Shown: positions 51,420-64,000 of the stretch, piece after piece
How the letters are laid out: every line of letters begins with the position of its first letter
Position numbering within the stretch: the first letter of the stretch is position 1
Source: the human T2T-CHM13v2.0 reference genome, Homo sapiens
Assembly (NCBI RefSeq): GCF_009914755.1
Contig: NC_060947.1
DNA length: 64,000 bases
Strand: one strand, 5' to 3'
Notes under the pieces: generated by a model
Seen by the model: the letters and a program-made list of their open reading frames with translations, nothing else
The model's database searches: none
Told to the model about the DNA's origin: nothing
Position numbers and translations under genes: made by a program

Positions 51420-53350
51420 TTTTTCTCATTATATTAAAAACACAACATAAAATCTACCCTCTTAACAAATATTTACATACAATACTGTTAACTATACAAA
51501 CAATATTGTACTGCAGATCTTTAGAATCTGTCTTGTATAACTTAAGCTTTATATTAGTTTAACAGCAACTTTCAATCTCCCACTGCCGCCATCCCCGGCA
51601 AACACCATTTTGTTCATTTCTTTACATGTGACTGTTTAAGATATCGCATATAACTGGAATCATGCAGTATTTGTACTATTGTGACTGGCTTATTTCACTT
51701 AGAATAATGTGCTCCAGGCTTATTAATCCATCACACGTGTCTGAATTTTCTTCTAAGTGTGAATAAAATTTCATTATATGCATATGTCATATTTTCTTTA
51801 TCCATTCATTTATCAATAAACATTTAAGTTTCTTTCCATATCTTTGCTGTTATCAATAATGCTACAATGAGCATAGGGGTACAGATATACATGTCTAATT
51901 TTAATTTTGTTATTTGTGGTTTTGGTGTCGTATCTAAGAAATCATTAACTAGAATAATGTCAAGTAGTCTTTCCCCTATGTTTTCTTCTAGTTGTTTTAC
52001 AATTTCAGATCATATGTTTAAATCTGTAATCCATTTTGTGTAAATGTTTGTGTATGTGTAAGATAAAAGTCCAATTTCCTTCTTTTGCATGTGGATCTTC
52101 GGTTTTCCTAGAATCATTTGTTGAAGAGACTACCCTTTCTCCCTTTTGTATTCTTAGAACCCTTGTTGAGGATAAATTGACTGTGTACATGAGAGTTTAT
52201 TTCTGGGCAGTCTATTCTGTTCCATTGGTCCATATATACGCTTTTATGCTGGTATCATCATTTTTAAATACTATAGATGTGTAATATTCTGAAAGCAGAA
52301 AGTGCGATGCCTCCAGCTTTGTTCTTTCAAGACTGCTGTGTTATTCATGGTCTTTAGCATAAAATTATCCATATGAATTTTAGAATTATTCTAGCATTTC
52401 TATTAAAAAATGACATTGAGACATTTTATGGAGACTGCATTAAATCTGTAGATTTATTTGGGTAGTGTAGACATTTTAACAATATTAAGGCTTCCATTCA
52501 TGAACAAAGGATGTCTCCATTTATTTGTGTCCCCTTTAATTTATTTAATTTTTTTTTATTTTCAGTGTAAAACTTTTTCACTTCTTTGGTTAATTTTATT
52601 CCTCAGTGTTTTATTATTATTGGTGTTACAAACAGTATTGTTTTCTTAATTTCTTTTCTGAATAGTGTCTTGATCAATTTTGTGTTGCTGTAAAGAAATA
52701 CTGGAGGATGAGTAGTTTATAAAGAAAATATGTTTATTAGGCGCAAAGTTCTGTAGGCTGGAAGAAGCATAGCACTGGCATCTGTTGAGGATTTTTGTGC
52801 TGCATCAAAACATGGCAGAGAATGTCAAAGGGGAAGCAGGCATGTGCAAAGAGGGACCAAACAGGAGGAAAAACCTCACTTTATAACAAACCAGAACTAA
52901 TCTATTCCCAAGATAACTAATTTCATCTTTCCTGGAGAACATCTCACTACTGGGAGAACAGTACCAAGACTTTCATGAGGGACCTACCTCCATGAGCCAA
53001 ACACCTCCTAACTAGCCCCAACACCATCACATTGGGGATCAAATTTAAACGTAAGTTTAGGGAGGATAAACCAACAGTATCAAAGTAATAACAAAGACCT
53101 CATCATTAATGTATAAAAACAGAACTGATTTTTATATGTTGATTTGGTATCCTGCCACTTTCCTAAATTCATTCACTAGTTTTCATTTTTTAAGTGCCTT
53201 TAAGGTTTTCTACATATAAGGTCATGTCATGTACAAAACGAGACAATTGTGCTTCTTCCTTTCTGATGTGGGTGCCTTTTGTTTACTTTTTTTCCTAATT
53301 GCTCTGGCTAAGTCTTCTAGTACTATGTTGAATACAAGTGGTGAGAATAG
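51420..53350 (-). mobile_element. Old L1MA/MB 3' portion
   Basis: Antisense 3'UTR ('aaaatctaccctcttaacaaat') through RT region ('tactatgttgaatacaagtggtgag'). Confidence 0.82.
52666..53093 (-). mobile_element. MST/MLT1A-type MaLR solo LTR
   Basis: 'tgtcttg..tgtgttgctgtaaagaaatac'..'caccatcacattggggatcaaattt'. Confidence 0.8.
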
Positions 53351-54087
53351 GAAAATTCAAAAATATGTAAAAAATAAATAACACATTCTTGAAACCAATA
53401 AGTCATAAAAAAATAGAGAAATTAAAAAATATATCAGGACAAATGAAAATGACAACGCATCACACACCAAACTTATGAGATGCAGCAAAAGCAGTAATAA
53501 TTTGGAAGTTTATAGCAATAAACACCTTTATTTAAAAAGAAATATGTCAAATATGCAACCTAACTTTAATCCTCAACAAATTAGGAAAAAAAAAAGACCA
53601 AAGATAGCAGAAGGAAAAAAATTAAAGACTGGAGCAGAAATGAGCAAAATAGAAAGTAGAAACACAACAGAAAGAAATGAACAAAATTAAGAGGTTTTTT
53701 TTTGAAAAGATAAAATTAACTAACATACTTCTAGCTAGACTACGAAAAAAGAAGAGACAAGACTCAAGTAAATAAAATTAGAAATGAAAGAGGACACATT
53801 ACAACTGACGGCACAGAAACAAAAAGAATCATAACAGACTAAACAATTATATGCAAATGAATTAGATAACCTAAAAATCTGATACATTTCTAGAGATGCA
53901 ACTTACCATGACTGAATTATGAATAGAAAATCTTAATAGATCAGTAACAAACAAGGAGATTGAATCTGTAATCAGAAACCTCCCAACAAATGATAATCCA
54001 GAACTAAATGGCTTCACTGGTAAATTTTACCAAACATCTAAAGAATAATTAATGCCACTCCTTCTCAAACTCTTCCAAAATGTTGAA
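53351..54087 (+). mobile_element. Old L1M ORF2 segment in opposite orientation to the adjacent L1
   Basis: Post-EN linker sequence 'caaacttatgagatgcagcaaaagcagta'..'cttctcaaactcttccaaaa'. Confidence 0.8.
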
Positions 54088-54091
54088 TATA

Positions 54092-54559
54092 CGTGAACCC
54101 TGAAAATTTGAGACAGGTGTCAGTTAATATAGAAAGTTTATCTTGCCAACGATGAGGACATGCACCTGTGACAAGCTTCAGGAGGTCCTGACTACATGTG
54201 CCCAAGGTAATCACAGCACAGCTTGGTTTTATACATCTTAGGGAGATATGAAACATCAATTAACATATGTAAGATGAACATTGGTTTAGTCAGAAATGCA
54301 GGACAACGTGAAGCACAAGCTGGAGGGCTCACAAGGGAGGGGGCTTCTTCCAGGTCATAGGTAGATAAGAGACAAATGGTTGCATTCTTTTGAGTTTCTG
54401 AATAGCCTCTCCAAAGGAGGCAATCAGATATGCATTTATCTCAGTGAGCAGAGGGGTGACTTTGAGTAGAATGGGAGGCAGGTTTGCCCTAAGCAGTCTC
54501 AGCTTGATATTTTCCTTTAGCTTAGTAATTTGGGGGCCCCAAGATATTTTCCTTTCACA
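54092..54559 (-). mobile_element. MER4A-type ERV1 solo LTR
   Basis: Reverse complement begins TGTGAAAGGAAAATATCTTGGG; degenerate 4-bp TSD tata / cata. Confidence 0.85.
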
Positions 54560-54650
54560 CATATCACAATCATATGTGCAGTATGTTTAATTTGGAACAC
54601 TTCTGACTCAGCTATGGTTAAAAAAAATCAATACGCCTTATCTGTTATTG

Positions 54651-54735
54651 GTGAGTTTTTAGTTGATAATTTTTGTTATTGTTTAGAAGTAGCAATTTTT
54701 TAAACAATAACAAAAATTATCAACTAAAAACTCAC
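54651..54735. repeat. Perfect 35-bp inverted repeat with 15-nt spacer
   Basis: 54651-54685 is the exact reverse complement of 54701-54735. Confidence 0.97.
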
Positions 54736-56454
54736 AATTTTCGAAGCCTCCAGAAATCTAAATAGTTTTACCCACATATATTTTATGGCCAATTTTTAAC
54801 CTACTGCTATATACAAATTATACACTTGTGACTTAATTCATTCTATTACCTAAGACTTAGATCCTCCTCCTAGATACTATCATCTGCTTACTTAAATTGT
54901 AGTATTTATTATATACCATATATAGATTTGATTATTGTGATGGCTGTTTTATATACTATTGAGTGATCATGAGATAAAATGAACTAGCAATTATGCTTAT
55001 GCTAATAGATGTCTCACAAAAAGAGGTGAGATTTCTAGTAAATTACTGGCAAAAATAGTGAAAAGAAATGGTTAGGAAGAGAGTGCATGTTTGAGTAGGT
55101 GGAGTAATTACTGAAAATAACAGAGATCAGCAGCATAATTAAGAAAATGCAAACGATTGTAAATGATAGCCCTTAGACTTGTGTAAGAACCCCAGCAAAA
55201 GAGACATAAAACTGAAAGCATAAGCTCTGGGTTGGGGAGTAGTTTGATGAGTACATTTAATTGAGTCTAAAGGCACACAGGTCACACAAAAGCAAAAGAA
55301 ATTATAAAAATGTCAATTGTGAATAATTAGAAAATCATATTAAGTATTATTAAATTTTCTATCAAACAGTCAAGAAAAGAAACCTTCTTTCAGACATTCC
55401 ATTAAACCTACATTGAAAACTACCTCCTGCTTCCCTACAACTGAATTTTGCCACCATTAATTAACTATCCTTACTCTTGAGTATCTGTAAATGAGAGAAG
55501 AATTTTCTATGTAATTGGATAAGTGCTCATGAATAAAATAGAGTTATTAATAATGTATGAGTCTATTAAAAGTCAAAAACAATGCATGTTGAAAATGTCA
55601 CTAAACCCTTTCCCCTGAATCCTCTATTTCTAAAAATTATCGTATTTCTCTTTGATATGTAAAGTTAAGGAGAAGGGCAAGGTGACATCTTAGGGTTTCT
55701 TATAGTGCCATAATTTTATACTATATAATCCAAGGTTTTTGAATATATGTCTTATATTAGTCAATAACCAAAAAGCCAATATCTGTAAACATCATTTCTA
55801 GAATTCATAAAATGCTGAAAAAATAGACTCAATATATTGGAATGTTTCCCAGAATAACTCTGATAGTTTGCCAAGGATGATTAGGAAATTTGCTGTCATA
55901 AGAAAATATAAACACCTCATTTTTATTATTCATATTACCATCTAGTCTACAGTCTTGATGCAACATTAGATCAAATTTACTCATTGCAGACTATTTAAAA
56001 TTTATCCCAGATTTATTAAATAATTCAGATAAATTATATCAAGCAATGTTGGTATTTATTAACTATAAAACAATTTCACAAGCCCCAATTCTTCTAATTA
56101 TTTTTTACTTCCTTGCATAATGTCACATATTTAATTTTTGAATAACTCAGTGTTACTCCCTCCTTTCTTGTCAGAATTTCCAAATCATTTTGAAGACAAA
56201 ATGAAAAAAAATCCTTAGGCTTTTGCACAAAAAAATACTCAAAGTAGGCATTCTACTTTTCCACAGAACAGTAAGGAGGCAGCAGATGTCTTAGCATGTG
56301 TAAAAGCAATCTACAGAGGTGATTGGTGTCTCTGTGCCAAAAAATATGGAGAAATATTTGATAGGTGACATAGCTTTATAAAAAGGTATGCTGCATTTCT
56401 GTAATGTATTTGTGGGATGTGATGGAAGACCTCAGAAGTTTGTCAAATATCCCG

Positions 56455-56744
56455 GCCTGTAATCTCAGCACTGTAGGAGGCCGAGGCAGGAGGATCACCT
56501 GAGGTCAGGAGTTCAAGACCAGCCTGGCCAACATGGCGAAACCCCATCTCTACTTAAAAAAAAAAAAGTACAAAAATTTAGCTGGGCGTGGTGGCGTGTG
56601 CCTGTAATCTCAGCTACCCAGGAGGCTGAGGCAGCAGAATCACTGGAACCCAGGGGGCAGAGGCTGCAAAGAGCCAAGATTGCGCCACTGCACTCCAGCC
56701 TGGGCACAGAGCAAGACTCCGTCTCAAAAAAAAAAAAAAAAAAA
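56455..56744 (+). mobile_element. AluS (5'-truncated)
   Basis: 'gatcacctgaggtcaggagttcaagaccagcctggccaacatg', A-tail. Confidence 0.92.
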
Positions 56745-57549
56745 TCCGAACTGCTTCTCGGTCTTGCGAATTCAGGTAGGCTAAACATTACCTCCAGATG
56801 AACCCTAAAAAATACCTTTAAGGACAATTTCAAAAACTACAATTGAATGATCTGTTATAAAATTCAAATCTTACTCTAGTTTAAAAAGAAGAAAATGTGG
56901 TCTCATGAAGTCATTACTGCTGAGATTTTCTGAGTCTAACAGAAATATTTAAATTTCAAGATATGCTATATAACCATACATTAAATTTTGTTCAGAAAAA
57001 AAATACATGTTAATGAAGAAATTGGTAGGAAACGGCAATGATATGTCTTCAGTTGTTGTTTATGATAAGTGTGACCTCACCAGCAGAATACAGGTCGAAG
57101 TATCAATACCAAATAAAATAGGATTAAGTACAAAACACAAAGAAATCAAGCATACCACCCCCATCTCTTTTAGTAATATGGATCACAGTTTTTATGACAT
57201 TTGAGTAACGGATTCTTAGACAGGAATTAACACCAGATATGCATATGTCTGTTGAGTGACTTGCTGGTATTACCAAAAAGAAAGTAAGCTAAAAAGGGAG
57301 GTGAAAGTGTAAGAATGCTGAGATAAAATTGGAAGTATTACAATGGAAGTCATCAGGTATGATTTCAAGATGATAAACAAACTAGGAAGGTTATTTATTG
57401 GACTTCAGATGAGAAAGATACCATGGAGAAGAACTGAAAAACGATCTGTAAACTCATGCATGAGAAAACAGTATTCAGGAAAATTCACTTCAGGCTTTAC
57501 CATGAAGACATACATATAATTCCCACAGAGATTATAAAGATTTAGTAAG

Positions 57550-58700
57550 ATGCAATATAGGACTGAAATTTGTCTGTGGAAGGGAAATATTGCTCAATAA
57601 ATACAGACTTGTTAGAGAGAACTAAAGTATCTGGTATCACTGTATGTGTCTATTTGCATAGATATCTAAAATTCTAAAAATGAAATATATCTAAAAAGCA
57701 GTTACATGAAGATTAATGTAGAGAAGAGAGCAACTTACAAAGTTGTAGGCATGCAATTCCTGATAACACAGTGAGATAAAAAGTAGATAATGCAATACTG
57801 ACTCAGAAAGGTGGCACGAGGGCAAAATATAGACTTAAGAGACAATTTCAAAAATGGAGACATCTGCTAGAAGTCATACTAAGCTAAAATCAGCATTGTG
57901 ATAAATTCTTTAATTTACTGATAATAGAAAAAAATAACAAAAATAAAAAAATATAGACCTAATTCTGACTATTAAATTAATATTAGTTGATGAAATGAGA
58001 ATTTGGTGGAAACAATGAGCATAGGTAAGGATGGAGTAAAGTGAAATAGTCAAATATTTATCTAAATCTTTGAAGAGGCAGATTGCAAATTTCATGATCT
58101 ATAGCTTGTGACTCTTAAAAGTAAATATAGTTTAAGAAGACTAAGAATCATAATTCTAAGTATATAGTTATAAATGACATGTGAAGAAAAGTTAGTCTCT
58201 AAAACATGAATACAATTTTATATAGAGCCACTCAGTGCATTCATTTCTAGAAAAATACATTTTAAAAAGTGTAAAGGTTCTTGATTAACGGATCAGAGAC
58301 AAACTGATAAGGATGTTATGATTTTTCTGGTATAGTCTGTTGAAAGTCTCAAAGTAAAATGTTACTCAAAAATTATCTAGAAAAGATAAGCTATTTTTTA
58401 TTTATATCCAGAACAACTAGCAGAACAAATAATACACATTTTCGTTTTGGCGATGGTGAAGTTATTAAAATGAATGACAGAAATAACACAAAACTGCTCA
58501 ATCTTAATATAATGCACAACTATATTTAGAATACTATTCTTCAGGCTAAAAACTGTGGAACAAACACTGGCAAGAATAAACTAAATCCTAAAGTATTTGG
58601 TATTGATTTCAAGAGGTCACGTAATTGCTTTACATAAATCCAAGATCGCAGTCTACCAAAAAAGTTCCCAGATGATACTGCCAGAGCACTGTTTACAATC
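57550..58700 (+). mobile_element. Probable ancient L3/CR1 LINE remnant
   Basis: 'agacatctgctagaagtc..gataaattctt' and 'gacctaattctgact..ttagttgatgaa' resemble CR1 EN motifs (DICW, KFL, DLILT); boundaries approximate. Confidence 0.5.
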
Positions 58701-59379
58701 CTGCACAAATAATGGGATTCAGAAGAAGTGACAACAAATTTAGGTAGACAAATGCAACTCTATTTTTTTTAAAGGTGGAAGAAATTGCATTCTGCAATGA
58801 GTCACTGAGTTTGATGTTACCTACAAAAAATATGGCAGCGTATATAGATAAAATAATGGTTTGTAAGTATTTAATACAATAAAAACTCTGTATTAGAAGT
58901 CAATTATGCCATTAAAACAACATCCACATATATCTGGATACCAGTAGAAAACCATCAGAGAGAAGGTAAGGTGGACCGATTTACTCTCTAGGTCTGATCT
59001 CTAAGGGAGGTGTTGCACATTCTGTTCAGAAAAGAATCTGGAGAATTCAAGTGTATTCTGAACTGGCATAAATACCAGAAATTTTCACAATGATAATAAA
59101 TTAAGGAGTCCAGTCCCTCGATAAAAACCTGTGTGTGATTTTTCAGATTTGATCACAGACAATTTCAAAGGCTTTACCTGGCAGGCCTCACGGGGGAAAG
59201 CTGCCCTCCCTACGCCAGACTTGCTAAACAGCCAGTGCATGGGCATCTCTAAAAGGACTTAAGACAAGGACTCAGAGCTTTTCCTCAGGCACCTCTATTG
59301 AGTCCTTATTATGAGATGGAGGGTGGAGAGGAAAATATTAAAGATGCTTTTTCCTACCCTGACTTGGTACCAAGTAGCC

Positions 59380-61704
59380 TTTTTCATTTTAATTTTAAGT
59401 TCTGGGTTACATGCACAGGATGTACAAGTTTGTTACACAGGTAAACATGTGCCACGGTGATTTGCTGTACCTGTCAACCCATCACCTAGGTATTGAGCCC
59501 AGCATGCATTAGCTGTTTTTCCTAATGCTCTCCTTCCCCCTACTGCAACCCTCAACAGTCCCTAGTGTGTGTTGTTCCCCTCCCTGTGTCCATATGGACT
59601 CATCGTTCAGTTCCCACTTATTAGTGAGAACATGCAGTGTTTGGTTTTTGGCTCCATCATTAGTTTGCTGAGGATAATGGCTTCCAGCACCATCCATATT
59701 CCTGAAAAGGACATGAGCACATTCCTTTCTATGGCTGCATAGTATTCCATAGTGTATATGTACCACATTTTTCTTATCCAATCTATCATTGATGGGCATT
59801 TGGGTTGATTCCATGTCTTTGCTATTGTGAATACATATGTGTGCATGTGTCTTTATAGTAGAATGATTTATATTCCTTTAGGTATATACCTAGTAATGGG
59901 ATTCCCGAGTAAACAGTATTTCTGGTTCTAGAACCTTGAGGAATCGCCACACTGTTTTCAACAATGGTTGAATTAATTTACACTCCCAACAACAGTGTAA
60001 AAGCGTTGCTATTTCTCCACATCCTCTCCACCATCTGTTGTTTCCTGACTTTTTAATTATCGCCATACTAACTGGTGTGAGATGGTATCTCATTGTGGTT
60101 TTTATTTGCATTTCTCTAATGACCAGTGATGATGAGTTTTTTTTCATATGTTTGTTGGCCACATAAATGTCTTCTTTTGAGAAGTGTCTGTCCATTTCTT
60201 TTGCCTGCTTTTAAATGGGGCTGTTTTTTTTTCTTGTAAATTTGTTTAAGTTCCTTTTAGATTCTTGATATTAGACCTTTGTCAGATGCATAGATTGCAA
60301 ACATTTTCTCCCACTCTGTAGTTTGCCTGTTCTCTCTGATATTAGTTTTCTTTTGCTGTGCAGAAGCTCTTTAGTTTAATTAGATCCCATTTGTCAATTT
60401 TTGCTTTTGTTGCAATTGCTTTTGGTGTTTTCATCGTGAAATATTTACCCATGCCTTTGTCCTGAATGGTATTGCCTAGATTTTCTTCTAGGGTTTTTAT
60501 AGTTGTAGATTTTACATTTAAGTCTTTAATGCATCTTGAATTAATTTTTGTATAGGTGTAAGGAACGGGTCTGGTTTCAATTTTTTCCATATGACTAGAC
60601 ATTTCTCCCAGCACCATTTATTTAATAAGGAATCCTTTCCCCATTGTTTGTTTTTTGTCAGGTTTGTTGAAGATCAGATGGTTGTAGATATGTGATCTTA
60701 TTTCCGAGTTCTCTATTATGTTCTATTGGTCTATGTGTCTGTTTTTGTACCAATACCATGTTGTTTTTGTACTTGTAGGCTTGTAGTACAGTTTGAAGTC
60801 CGGTAGTGTGATTCCTTCAACTTTGTTCTTTTTGCATAGGATTATCTTGGCTATACAAGCTCTTTTTTGGTTCCATATGAATTTTAAAATAGTTTCATCT
60901 AATTCTGTGAAGAATGTCAATGGTAGTTTAATGGCAATAGCATTGAATCTATAAATTACTTTGGGTAGTATGGCCATTTTCATGAGCATGAAATGTTTTT
61001 ACATTTGTATGTGTCCTCTCTGATTTCCTTGAACAGTGGTTTGTAGTTCTTGCAGTTCTTCAGTTCCCTTGTTAGCTGTATTCCTAGGTATTTTATTCTT
61101 TTTGTAGCAATTGTGAATAGGAGTTCATTCACGATTTGGCTCCCTGCTTGCCTATTGTTGGTGTTTAGGAATGCTTGTGACTTTTTCACACTGACGTTGT
61201 ATCTTAAGACTGCTGAAGTTGCTTATCAGCTTAAGAAACTTTGGGGCTGAGACGATGGGGTTTTCTAGATATAGAATCATGTCTTCTGCAAACAAAGACA
61301 ATTTGACTTCTCTCTTCCTATTTGAATGCCTTTATTTCTTTCTCTTGCCTGATTGCCCTGGCCAGAACTTCCAATAGTATGTTGAATAGGAGTGGTGAGA
61401 GAGGGCATTGTTTTCTTTTGCTGGTTTTCAAAGGGAATGCTTCCAGCTTTTGCCCTCTCAGTATGATATTGGCTGTGCTTTGTCATAAATGGCTCTTATT
61501 ATATTGAGGTATGTTCCTTCAATACCTAGTTAATTGAGAGTTTTTAACATGAAGGGATGTTGAATTTTAAGGAAGGCCTTTTCTGTGTCTATCAAGATAA
61601 TCATGTGGTTTTTGTCTTTAGATCTGTTTATGTGATGAATTACACTTATTGATTTGTGTATGTTGAACCAGCCTTGCATCCTGTGGATGAAGCCAACTTG
61701 ATTA
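59380..61704 (-). mobile_element. 5'-truncated L1PA (about L1PA8-10)
   Basis: Antisense 3'UTR and ORF2 fragments (ORFs within 59607..61189); TSD tggtaccaagta at 59365-59376 and 61705-61716. Confidence 0.9.
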
Positions 61705-61797
61705 TGGTACCAAGTAAATTTTAATCCTAGTCCTCCCTGCTTATTTCTCCCCAGCCCCAGGGCTCATAAAAGTGTCAGTGCCCTTGGTTTGAAATTG

Positions 61798-62589
61798 TAT
61801 TATAGGCTAAATTTTTCCCCTCAATATTCATATGTTGAAGCTTTAACCCTCAGTACCTAAGAAAGTAACTGTATTTGGAGACAAGGGCTTTAAAGAGGTA
61901 ATTAAGGTAAAATTAGGTTATATGAGACGGGGGGTGTGCTAATTCAATCTTATTGTTCTTCTTATAAGAAGAGATTATGTGGACACCAATACTTACAGAG
62001 GGAAGAACACATGAAGCCATCTCAGGAAGACAGCCATTCACTAGCCAAGGACAGAGGCCTTAAGAGAAATAAACCCTAGCAATGTCTAGAATTCTAGCTT
62101 TGAGGACCATGAGAAAATAAAATTCTTGTTTAAGCCACCTAGTCTGTGGAACTTTCATATGACAGTTTTGTTAGTTTTATAGGGCTGCCATAACAAAATA
62201 CCACAGACTGGGTAACTTAAAGGAGAGAAACTAATTTTTTTCAGAGTTCTAGAGGCTGGAATTCCAAAATCAAGGTGCCAGCCAGTTTGGTTTCTCCTAA
62301 GGCCTCTCTTCTTGGTTTGCAGATAGCCACCTTCTCTTTGTCCTTACAGGACCTTTTATCTTTGTGTGCAAATCCCTGCTGTCTTTTGTGTGTCCTAATC
62401 TTTTCATATAAAGTTAACAGATTGGATTAGAGTCTACTTTAAAGACTTCATGTGAATAAATCACCCATTTAAAGATCCTATTTTGCTAATATAGTCACAT
62501 TCAGAGGCACTGGGGATTAGAGCTTCATCACATGAATTTTGGGAGTACACAATTTAGTCCATAACATCAGCCTAATTAAACTAATTACA
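61798..62589 (+). mobile_element. MLT1B/C-type MaLR LTR, interrupted near its 3' end
   Basis: 'attcatatgttgaag..taaccctcagtacc..gtatttggagac'; terminus 'aaactaattaca'. Confidence 0.8.
62167..62566 (-). mobile_element. Second MLT1 LTR nested in the first
   Basis: 'ttagttttatagggctgccataacaaaataccacagactggg'..'agtccataaca'. Confidence 0.82.
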
Positions 62590-63234
62590 GGCACTCTGAA
62601 CAGTGAGATGATCCACATGTCTACATCAATCCACATGAACTTCTATCAGCACATTGTTACATAAGGGAAAATGAAATATGACGAGTTGACATTTACTTCA
62701 ATCTTAGCATGGTGTTCCTATTATTGCAGTAAGTAGTTAAATATTTGATTATTGTTTTCATTTTTGACTTGTTGCTTTAATCAGTTACTGGACATCTCAG
62801 TTCACTCTCCAGCTCAGTGAAGTGCCTGACATAAATACACCAGTTGAAAAAGATCCTAGATGATGATTGGGAGTATAGGAACAATGCTCAAATGTCCAGC
62901 TCCCCACTAAAAAGAGCCTGAAATAAATTAAGATGTTCAGAGACACAGTCAAGTAGGTGGGGACTCAGTGGTGAAACAGAATGAAGCAAATAAGACATAA
63001 GCACAGGGACCAGCAATAGCTACATTCACCAGTAACATGGAGAGACAAATACCAGTGCAATTAAGTGTTGAGATTTGTTCATAAAAGCCACTCCACATTT
63101 CATGCTACAAAGGTTAATTCCAGAACCTACCCCTCTTTTGTTGACTTCTCAAAATTATCACATATTGTCATGGGTGTGGTGAAGAAGAACACAGTTGTGA
63201 AGAAAATGTCTGACATTGATATTTATTAAGAAAA

Positions 63235-64000
63235 TAATACATTCCATGGATTAAAGATTTAAATGTAATAAATCAAACTAAAAGAATCCTAAAAGATCTC
63301 ATTTTCCCTATTTTTGTACCAAATTTAATTGCATATTTTAAAATAACTAAAGGAGTATAACTGATTGTAACACAAAGGATAAATGCTTGAGTTAATGGAT
63401 ACCCCATTTACTCTGATGTGATTATTATGCATTGCAAGCCTGTATTAAAATATTTCATGTAACCCACAAATATATACACTGACTGTAAACCCGCAAAAAC
63501 AAAAAATAAAAGAATCCTAGAAGAAAATCTGGGAAATATCTTTCTGAACATCACCCTTGGGAAATAATTTATGACTAAGTCTGCAAAAGCAATTGCAATA
63601 AAAACAAAAATTAACAAGCGAGACCGAATTAAACTAAACAGTTTGTGCACAGCAAAAGAAACTATCAACAGAGTAAACAGATAACCTACAGAATGGGAGA
63701 AAATATTGGCAAACTATTCTTCTGATGAAAGTCTAATATACAGAATATGTAAGAGCTTAAACAATTCAACAAGAAAAAACCAGATAACCTCATCAAAAAG
63801 TGAGTGAAAGAGATGAAGAGACACTTTTCAAAAGAAGATATGCAAGCAGCCAACAAACATAAAAAATGCTCCACATCACTAATCATCAGAGAAATGCAAA
63901 CCAAAACCACAGTGAGATACCATCTCACATCAGTAAGAATGGCTATTATTAACAAGTCAGAAAACAACAGATGCTGGCAAGGCTATGGAGAAAAGGGAAT
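63235..64000 (+). mobile_element. L1 (L1PB/MA-age) ORF2 3' part, running off the window
   Basis: 'atggattaaagatttaaatgta'..'gagataccatctcaca..aacagatgctggc'. Confidence 0.88.
63292..63506 (+). mobile_element. Short L1MA1/2 3' end inserted into L1
   Basis: Same 3'UTR type as 45815-46235; TSD taaaagaatccta at 63279-63291 and 63507-63519. Confidence 0.82.

Overview
AT-rich primate (human-like) genomic DNA; by my hand tally roughly three quarters of it is recognisable interspersed repeat. L1 elements range from L1PA2/PA3 to old L1M. There are about 9 Alus, two complete THE1 MaLR proviruses, a HERV-W (LTR17) solo LTR, MER4A/MST/MLT1/LTR33-like LTRs, MER58A and Tigger3 DNA transposon relics, and L2/MIR/L3 remnants. 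No intact host protein-coding gene is supportable, and nearly all ORF-track entries are L1 ORF2 fragments, their antisense frames, or Alu/LTR/low-complexity artefacts. The only clearly recognisable host-gene-derived sequence is a processed HYPK pseudogene (1631-2300), inserted in an old L1 and split by an AluY. Notable structure includes three clear and two possible 5'-inverted (twin-primed) L1 insertions, a perfect 35-bp inverted repeat at 54651-54735, a trimeric Alu inside one TSD pair, many nested insertions with readable TSDs, and a few speculative exon-like islands in non-repeat sequence. I see no evidence of a new biological system. Subfamily names come from remembered consensus diagnostics and need RepeatMasker/Dfam confirmation.
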